A DNA stretch of 30,707 nucleotides from Rhizaria sp. SCN 62-66 (taxonomy: Eukaryota): assembly GCA_001724265.1 (NCBI GenBank), contig MEDY01000071.1, positions 62,001-92,707 on the forward strand, in the 5' to 3' direction. The notes under the pieces were generated by a model. The model saw only the letters and a program-made list of their open reading frames with translations, was not told the DNA's origin and ran no database searches. A program made the translations under genes and the position numbers. This document shows positions 22,941 to 30,707 of this stretch, one piece after another. The number at the start of each line of letters is the position of its first letter. Position 1 is the first letter of the stretch.

Positions 22941-23459
22941 CTCTGAGTGCCTGGGGAAAAGCGAGGGGACAGAAGGCACGAGGTCAGTCAACAGATTTCG
23001 TCGAGGACAAAAGGAGCGATATGGCAAACATAATGAACTCACAGAAGGATTTTAAAAACATATCGTAGACATAAACACACATATAATTGCATACTAGCGT
23101 AAAACTTCCATAGATGAACGTTACACAGATATCCTGCAGTCTCAATATTGAGGTTCAATCACGATGTCGACAGTGGTGAGGTGTGTAACAATTGTAACTG
23201 CAACAACTCATCAATTGTGGTTGCAACATCATCAAGGTGCGAGGCCAGCGCATGATAACAGAATTGCAGTGATGAAGAGAAGATAAATATACATGATGAA
23301 TTGAGTACTATTGTATTTACTATCAGTGTTTGTGTGTTTTGTGTTTGCTTTGGATTGGGTGTTTGAGAGGTTATTATCATATAAGATGCTGTCATCGTTT
23401 CACTACACTGCAGCGTTGCGTGTGTATGCGTCCATGTTGGCTGCACAAGCGCGCCGCAC

Positions 23460-24505
23460 TCACGCCTGGACGGTGGCGGCGCGGCGACGCTCGCCGCGCA
23501 TGGTGGCGTGGAAACCGGACTTAATGGGCGCCACGGAGCGGGTCGCGCCGCACGACTCGCACTGGAGGAAGTACAGACGCGTGACCGAGTCGCGGGTGAG
23601 CGACGTCTCGGGGTTCTTGCAAATGACGCAGGTGACGTACTCGCGGATGTAGCTGCGGAGCACGGACTCGGCGTGCTTGAGCAGGAAGCGGCCCTTGATG
23701 ACGAGGCGCTGTTGCGCGTCGAGCGAGCACTCGGCGCCGAGCTCAGTCGTAATGAACGACATGACGTGCTCGGGCGAGCGGCGCATGAGCTGGGCCGTCT
23801 GCGCGAAGTTGGACCACATCGTGCGGCGGGTGCCGACGCGCACGATCTGCGGCAGCGGCAGCACGTGGCGCTTGCGCTCCACCAGCGAAGGGTTGTTGAG
23901 CTGCACAATCTTCATCACGCGGTCCAGGAGCTCGGTGTAGGTGTAGTCGCGGTCCGACGACGCCCACGAGTCGTCGGCGGCGGCAGCGGACTCAGCGGCA
24001 GCGGAACCGTCAGCAGGGGCAGCAGCGTCCGAAGACGCGGCGGCGGCGTCCGCCCTCTTCTTCTTCTTCTTCTTGGACAGGGAAGCGAGGAGCATCTCCT
24101 CAACCTAAAAAAGAAACACAAACGCGGGCAACACGTGGAGGAAGTATGGGGCAAAGAGCATGGGCACAAAGAGCGCACGAGATGCAGATGGGAAGAAGAG
24201 ACAAGCAAGACCAGGCGTAGGGTTGGCGAAGAGGAGAGAAAAGAAAAGAAAATTGAAGGAAGATCGACGTCAGCGAGAGACAAGGATAGAGCGGTAAGAT
24301 ACATCGGCATCATAAGATACTATTCTAAGAAGTCGTGTCAACGGTTGTGGATCGTTAAGATGAGGAGCGCTTTGCGGCACAACTCCAACTCGCTCGTTCA
24401 TTGGGTGGTAGTGGATGGGATAAAACGTACCTCCTGGTCGTCGGACGGGGGCGGAACCTCGCCGTGCTCGTTATCCAGCAGAGTCGCATCGAAAATAGAA
24501 GCCAT
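23460..24505 (-). CDS. EIF2S2: Translation initiation factor eIF2 beta subunit (~239 aa); join complement(24431..24505,23460..24104)
   Basis: Lys box KKKKKKR; DRDYTYTELLDRV; PQIVRVGTRRTMWSNF; RSPEHVMSFITTELG; RLVIKGRF; C2-C2 zinc finger CVICKNPETSL...LQCESCGATRSVAPIKSGFHA; intron GTACGT(24430)...TTTTAG(24105); ends TGA. Confidence 0.96.
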
Positions 24506-25803
24506 CGTGGATGTCTTTTTCTTCGAACCGGGGTACCGGGTGGAATATTCACCCTCAACAACTCCGCCCGCGCCGTCCTGACCCTTCCTGCCAGACCGCG
24601 GTCGCCCGCCGCTCCGCCGGACTTTTTCGGAACAGCCACACCGAGCCAGCCAGGAAAGTTAAGTCGTTGGCATCTTGTTTACATCGAAATCGGGTCATAT
24701 TCAGGGCTTATGGGTCAGTTGTTTTGTGAATATGATACACCGTGGCGTTTTGTTTATTTTCACAAATTGACTCCATTGCAGGTGCAGATATTGCTGTCTT
24801 TGGACTGTCTGAGTGGCACGTCAAAACTACTGAAGGTCTATTCTTGACACTGTTCAAGGGGATATCGCACCCCAATCAGATCTTCATGGCCACTGCTATT
24901 TCAATGTTGCTTAAACTAGAAGGTGGTGCGATGCAGTTTAGCAATGTTTGAAGCTGTTGTAGTGTTCTAAGCTCTGAGAAGTGCCTTGAGATGCGTTGTG
25001 CTGCGACGGTTGCCACCATGATGTTACTAGTATTAATCCTCCTAGGAGCTTGACGCAGGCCATATGCAGGCTCATCAGCGCAATCATAGGGTGTAATTTA
25101 GCTACAGGGACATGGGATGGATCTATCTATGAAACAAACAACTTTACCATATCGTCGCTTGCTTTATCGCTACGATTCGGCTCACAGTGCCACGGTACGC
25201 CTTGTCCCACTAGCTTTGAGTAGCTACATTCGGTGTATCAGCAGCACGTTCAAACAAAAAAGCTGCCACCTAAGCAATCATACGCCTCTGAGGTGTTGTA
25301 TATACACGCATAGCATGAAAAAGGCTTTGTATGTGCTGGTTCAGAGAAACGAGCGTGGATTGAGACTAGTTACTCTCCAGATTTATTGAGACATAAACAA
25401 GCAAGATGTGTAGCTGGCAGGACAAATAAGATATATTATATACAAGCCGTATCTAAATGGCGCGTACTTTATTTTCATTTTCTAGCAAGAAGATCTTGTT
25501 GAGGTCTTTGCCTTAGAAGTGTCGGTCCACAAGTCACTTTACGTTTTGGCGTTGCGGAGGTGATGAGAGGCGATGAGTGTCCGTTGACTTTATTCAAAAA
25601 ACCTCACCGATCTCAACGTAGATTACGCCTGTGTTAATTGTGCGGTTGTTAAGATATTGACTTAGTTCTATTCTCTTTATTTTTTCTCACGCTGTCTCAT
25701 TCTATCGCTTGACTTTCCGTCCAGCTCTTCGCCCCACTTCCTCTCCCGTCCACCAGAGCCAACCTTTCTGTTCCTTTCTCTTTCCCTTCCTCCGAGTTCC
25801 CAC

Positions 25804-26386
25804 ATGGTCAAGGTGCCCTACGGCGCGACTGGCGCTCCCGTCAAGCTTCTTCACGAGGCTGTGGTACGTCCTCATAATCAATTTCTCTCGCACAATTTGT
25901 CCTGCGCTCCTCACGCAACCTCTCGCCATCTCACTGTTGTCTCTCCTCGCTGCCTCACTCTCTCATTCTCTCTCACTTCTTTATTTGTGTTGTTGATCTT
26001 GCTTTTTTTTCCACTCAACGTTTTGCGCGCTATTTTTTCTTTTGCAGGGCTTCACGTGCACTGTGGAGCTCAAGAACGGCGAGCTGTACCGCGGCCTCGT
26101 CGTCGACGTCGAGGACACCTGGAACGTGCAGATGCAGACAGCCGTGCTGACAGACCGCGACGGCAAGACCAGCACGCTCGAGCACGTCTACCTGCGCGGC
26201 TCCCAGGTCCGCTTTGTCATCGTGCCCGACATGCTTAAGAACGCTCCTATGTTCGCCAAGCTCACCCAGCCCGCCGATGAGGCCAAGACCACCGCGAAGG
26301 CGGCCGCCGCCGGCCTTGGTGCCCGCGGCGGCGCGGCCGCGGCCAGCGATGTTTCTCACACTGCGAAGAAGGCGCGCATTGCGTAA
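25804..26386 (+). CDS. SNRPD3: Small nuclear ribonucleoprotein Sm D3 (~132 aa); join(25804..25863,26048..26386)
   Basis: GAPVKLLHEAV|GFTCTVELKNGELYRGLVVDVEDTWNVQM...RDGKTSTLEHVYLRGSQVRFVIVPDMLKNAPMF matches the SmD3 signature; intron GTACGT...TTTGCAG; ends TAA. Confidence 0.95.
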
Positions 26387-27170
26387 AACTACAACTCAAT
26401 GCAAATCTGACACGCAGTGACCAATTTGCCCCTCAATCTCTCAGTCGCCACTGTGCTGTGACTCACAACACCTACGTTTGACTCGTAGTGTTGCCCTTAA
26501 AGGGCTTGTTGTGACATTATGAGCGATATTCATCTGAGACTGATGATGGCAATGGCAAGTGGGACGCCAAGGTGCTGCTTTTTCACTGTTCCAAGCCGAA
26601 AACATAGCAATCTCTTCACAACATTGAAAACACAAGCTAACGATTGTCTAATTTTCTAATAAAGACCGTAAGCTTATGCTGAATACATGATCAATTCATA
26701 TTCTTAATCTCAAGACTTAAACAAACAATGCACTCATAAAATGTCGCGAGAGTGATCGGTTTAACTGCAAATGTATTGTCCCGCCGAGCGCACGACGCCC
26801 CTCATGAGTCAAGATGAGAGTGCACAAGCACAAGCGCGCGCGACGCCGCAGCGGAGGTGAGTCGTCGTCCCGGTTGGCGCCAACCAACGCAGACCGCGAC
26901 TTCCTCACGGAAGTACACGGCAGCAGCGGCAGTGGCGGCGACAGCACGGGGCGGCGGCGTCAGAGAACAGCAACAACAGCGCCTCAGCGGCGCATCAGAG
27001 GGGGCGGACGGCGTGCGGGAGGAAGCGGGCGAGAGCGATCAAACACTCCTGCGTGCATTCACACTCAACCACACGCTGTCTCAAACAAGCAGCCAAGGAA
27101 ACACCGCATGGAGTCGCTGGCGCGGGCTTGGCTGCGGGAAGTACACGGGAGATAGGGAGGGCCGGGAAAT

Positions 27171-28246
27171 TTACTTCTTGCCCTTCTTGACCTCGTAGGC
27201 GGCCTTCTCAGCCTCGTAGCGGGCCTTGTCCTTCTTGGCGAGGTCGGCGTACTTAGTGCGGCCCTTCTCGTCAAGAACCTCCCAGAGCTTGGCGATCTCA
27301 CGGGTGACCTCGGTGAACTTGATGCCGGGGTTGGAGTCGAGGACGGACTGGCGCTTGTCCTGAGTGAAGAAGATGAAGGAGGACTTCGGCTTCTTGGGAG
27401 CGTTGGGGTCCTTCTCCTTCTTGGCTGTGTTGGGCAAGATGTGCAAACGGAAGACAGATTTGGAAATGTGGCGCGGAAGTGATTGGAAAGCAAAAGAAAG
27501 CCAGAGGGCGCGAAAGAGAAGGCAGGATGAGAGGACAGCGTTTAAATGACAAGCTGGCGAGGGGGATAGAAAGCGGAAACGAATGCTGATACGCGCTTCA
27601 AGTAGGTTTTGAAGTAGTAAAGGTCAAGAAAGCAACGCAAATGAATGGGGAGCAGAGGTTAAAGAAGGGCAATCAAGGATACTAGAGCGGGAAACGTACC
27701 AGCCTTGGCGGGGGCAGCTGAGGGCGCGAAAACAGTTTGAGGGGGATGGAAAGGAGACAAAATAGGGATAAAGGCGGTATACGTAAGTAAACACGCAGAA
27801 TGTACGCCCAAATATCAAAAGAGCTAGAAAAAAGAGGAAACAGACGAAGAAAGAGAACCGCATTCAAGGGCAGAAAATCGGCCCTCGGCCCTGTGGAGTG
27901 CAGCAGTCACCCACAGCAACAACTGGGCTCGGAGGCAGCAGATTTCGCGCCACCCCGCCGATGACAAGGTTCCCAGGGGGAAACGTCCCATGATCTTTGC
28001 ACGCCGGGATAGTACAAGTAGTCAAGAGCCCAGATATGCGAAAAAAACAGGGGGTTCTCTCGGCGGAAGTTAGTCGAAACGTGGGGAAAAGGGTGGCTTG
28101 CACCCGCCACCTCACACCGGGTCGACCTGGAGATTTTTTCCCACCCCGAAAAACCACCATCCTCAAGCGCAATTCAAAATGCAAATTAAGAAACAGGTCT
28201 ACAACGTACCAGCAGCGGTCTTGTCAGTCTTAGTCTTGGGAGCCAT
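27171..28246 (-). CDS. NHP6: NHP6/HMGB-like single HMG-box protein (~102 aa); join complement(28210..28246,27700..27717,27171..27424)
   Basis: MAPKTKTDKTAA|AAPAKA|AKKEKDPNAPKKPKSSFIFFTQDKRQSVLDSNPGIKFTEVTREIAKLWEVLDEKGRTKYADLAKKDKARYEAEKAAY; both donors GTACGT, acceptors CTCAG and ACACAG, all phase 1; ends TAA. Confidence 0.9.
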
Positions 28247-28695
28247 GTTGTTAAGCACGGGATTCTTCAGAAACAAAAACCACTCAGAGCTGAGGGCCCT
28301 CTGGTCACTCAGACCGGCCCACACCCTCAGACCGGTCACATGGCGAAATCTTCCCTTCAACCGCGGATTGCGACTTGGAGTTACAATCATGGGGGCTGCA
28401 TTCAAATTTCCAAGTAGATCGCATCTAGAACAACATGAAGCACGTGTTAAAAATTCAAACAAACAATTTTTATATGGTCGAATCTGAGAAAGAAGTGGGA
28501 GATCCGTTGACTAAGGGTCACTCAGAGCACCCGCAAAACATCCTTTAGGATGCTCATACCGTGCCATAAACGTAGATTTAAATAGTTTTTTTGTATTAAT
28601 AATTATCATGACTTTTTTATCTCTCGATACACAATTTATCTCTTAGAACCGCTATGTCATGCCAGATATCCCGCGAAACTGTCTTTTCGCGCCCT

Positions 28696-30707
28696 TTAGA
28701 ACCGCTTTGGGTTGAATATTCCAGCACCGAAGCCGGGTTGGCTGTTCCCAGCTAGCGTATTAAAGCCACCCGGCGCGCCAGCAAGCGCTCCAAACCCGCT
28801 CGACTGGCCCTGTGCGGCTGCGAAGGGGTTGCTCTGCGGCTGTGCACCGAAACCGACGCCGGGACCGCCACGAGCGCCTGCCAACGCGCCGAATCCGCCC
28901 TGGCTACTGCCGGCGAGTGCACCAAATCCGCCCTGGCTGCTCGCAGCAAGCGCGCCGAAGCCGCCCTGACTGCTAGCCGCGAGCGCACCGAAGCCGCCGC
29001 TGCCGGACGAAGCCCCGAGCGCGCCGAAGCCGCCGCCGCCACCCGCTGCGCCGCCGGCACTGGCGTTGCCGGCGAGCGCGCCGAAACTAGTGGTGGTAGA
29101 GCCGCTCGCGAGCGCGCCGAAGCCGCTGCTGAGTGTGGCCGCGCTGGGGCCGAAACCGCTGCCGCCGGCGCTGCTGAACATGCGGCCGCCGCCGCCCATG
29201 GGGCTGGGCCCGAGCAGCCCGCCGCCGCCGCCCATGCCCATGGCCATGCCGCCGCCACCGAGGGTGGTGGTCGTGGAGGACCCGAAGGCGCCGGCGCCTA
29301 TCATGGCCGCCGAGCCCGTCACGGGCTTGTTGGACAGCCCGGCGCCGGCGGTCGCGAGCCCCGTGCCGAGCCCGGCGCCGGCGCCCAGCCCGGCAGACGG
29401 GGAGCCGAAGCCGGCGCTGAACGCAGAGCTGCCGGCGGGCTTGGCGGCGGCGGGGGAGCCGAAGCCACCGATGCCCCAGGACGCGGCGCCGCCGCCGCTG
29501 CGGCCCCAGCTCATGCCAGCGGCGCCGGTCGCGGCGCCAGTAGCGGCGGGCGCGGCGGCGGGGGCCGCGGACGGGGCGGCGCTCCATGCGACCGCAAAGC
29601 CGCCGGCAGGCACGGGAATCGACGGCGCGGGCTTCGCAGGCGCAGCCGCGGCGGCGTTGCTGTTGCTGGCGCCCGGGAGGATGGAGTGCGTCTGAGCGAG
29701 GCCGCCGGGGGGCTTCATGCCCATGAACGACTGCGGCGCCGCTGCGGACAGGCCGGGGCCGGCGGCGGAGCCGGAGCTGGAGCCGAAGGAAAAGGAGCTG
29801 AAGTCGAGCTTCTTGCTCGCCTCCGTGGGTGAGGCCGCCGCAGCAGCGGGCGCAGCAGCATCGGCAGCAACTGCTTCGGCAGCAGTAGGGACGGCAGCGG
29901 CGGCACCGGGGGCGGCCGCTGCAGCCTCAGCAGGCTCTGCAGCATATGCCGCGACTGACTCAGCGACAGCGGTGTCCTGAGGAGCCGCACTAGCGTCCTC
30001 TACCGCGACCGTGGTATCAGCTTCAGCCTCAGCCTCAGCCTCAGCCTCAGCCTCAGCCTCAGCCTCCGCCTCCGCCTCAGCAGCAACGGCCTCGGCCTCG
30101 GCAGTAGGCTTCTCAGTCTGAGCCTCATCCTCATCGTTGTCGTTGTCGTTGTCGTCGTCGGCGGCGCCGGCAGCGAGAGCTACAGAAGCAACGCCGGCGA
30201 TCGCGGTGCCGTCCTTGGCCTTGGCATCCTCCTTGTCGGCCTCACCATCGGCCTCGGCCTCATGCGCGGCCTCGGACGCAGGTGCGGGCACAGCCTTGAC
30301 GGGGACAGCGGGTGCGGCAGCGGAGCTCGCGCTGGCGTCGGCACTGGGGGCGCCAAAAGAAAAGGCGGGCGCGGCCGAAACAGCCTTCTTCGGCGTCTCG
30401 GGCCCGTCGTGGTCCGCGCCGGCACCATCGGCGCTGGCACTTGCGCTCGAGCTGGCGCCAGAGCTGGTGCTGGCGCCGGCGCTGGTAGCGCCAAACTTCT
30501 TACCGAACGAGAACTTTGTCGACGCAGACGCAGAAGCGGCGGGAGCAGCGGCGCCGAAGCCAAAGCTAGGAGTTGCGGGCTTTGAACCAAAGCCAGTCGC
30601 GGCAGCAACGGCAGAAGCGGAGGCGCTAGCAGCGGCGGGCTTGGCGCCAAAGGCGAAAGCGCCAAGCGACGCGCTCTTGACAGGCGGCGCCGCCGTGGGG
30701 GCAGTGA
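28696..30707 (-). CDS. C-terminal part of an FG-repeat nucleoporin (Nup214-like GFGALA tail); 5' end outside the window
   Basis: The frame of ORF 28696..30291 stays open to the window end (AFAFGAKP, TGFGSKP, SFGFG, KFSFGKKFG, FSFG), then an acidic EA tract, FSSFSFG and repeated GGFGALA; ends TAA 28696-28698. Confidence 0.8.
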   Translation of the reverse strand, partial: TAPTAAPPVKSASLGAFAFGAKPAAASASASAVAAATGFGSKPATPSFGFGAAAPAASASASTKFSFGKKFGATSAGASTSSGASSSASASADGAGADHDGPETPKKAVSAAPAFSFGAPSADASASSAAAPAVPVKAVPAPASEAAHEAEADGEADKEDAKAKDGTAIAGVASVALAAGAADDDNDNDNDEDEAQTEKPTAEAEAVAAEAEAEAEAEAEAEAEAEAEADTTVAVEDASAAPQDTAVAESVAAYAAEPAEAAAAAPGAAAAVPTAAEAVAADAAAPAAAAASPTEASKKLDFSSFSFGSSSGSAAGPGLSAAAPQSFMGMKPPGGLAQTHSILPGASNSNAAAAAPAKPAPSIPVPAGGFAVAWSAAPSAAPAAAPAATGAATGAAGMSWGRSGGGAASWGIGGFGSPAAAKPAGSSAFSAGFGSPSAGLGAGAGLGTGLATAGAGLSNKPVTGSAAMIGAGAFGSSTTTTLGGGGMAMGMGGGGGLLGPSPMGGGGRMFSSAGGSGFGPSAATLSSGFGALASGSTTTSFGALAGNASAGGAAGGGGGFGALGASSGSGGFGALAASSQGGFGALAASSQGGFGALAGSSQGGFGALAGARGGPGVGFGAQPQSNPFAAAQGQSSGFGALAGAPGGFNTLAGNSQPGFGAGIFNPKRF
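28877..29095 (-). repeat. Tandem GFGAL(A) FG repeats, including ~33-nt units (GGFGALAASSQ)
   Basis: Repeated gcgcgccgaagccgcc-like units on the + strand. Confidence 0.85.
30018..30080 (-). repeat. (GAGGCT)n hexamer encoding (Glu-Ala)n
   Basis: (cagcct)n tandem run on the + strand. Confidence 0.9.

Noticed and set aside
24990-25502. ~170-codon + frame interrupted only by two TAGs between eIF2-beta and SmD3
   Set aside because: No ATG, no codon bias and no recognisable motif; a frame this long can arise by chance once TAG is ignored, so it was not counted as evidence.
27065-27174. Possible short intron (gtaaat...cccgcag) overlapping the HMG stop codon and giving an alternative C-terminus
   Set aside because: Much shorter than the other introns, with an atypical donor, and the extended peptide is not coding-like.

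Overview
Gene-dense, GC-rich nuclear DNA of a microbial eukaryote (protist; lineage not determinable here), with GT-AG spliceosomal introns (donors mostly GTACGT). Eleven protein-coding genes can be modelled: a signal-peptide-bearing insulinase (M16A, 3' end outside the window), Nopp140/SRP40, a ~2090-aa Ala-rich WD40/coiled-coil protein, a secreted acidic-repeat/WW/EGF protein, a Thr/Ala-rich orphan, a saposin-containing acid sphingomyelinase, a second orphan, eIF2-beta, SmD3, an NHP6-like HMG-box protein and the 3' end of an FG-nucleoporin. The main observation concerns the genetic code. Four in-frame TAG codons interrupt three otherwise continuous reading frames (4041-4043, 11081-11083, 15266-15268, 16619-16621), one of them upstream of the conserved SRP40 C-terminal domain. 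All ten visible gene termini use TAA (5) or TGA (5), none TAG. This suggests a nuclear code in which UAG alone is a sense codon, tentatively Gln from local context. No rRNA, tRNA, CRISPR or mobile element was recognised. All gene models were derived by eye, without database searches.
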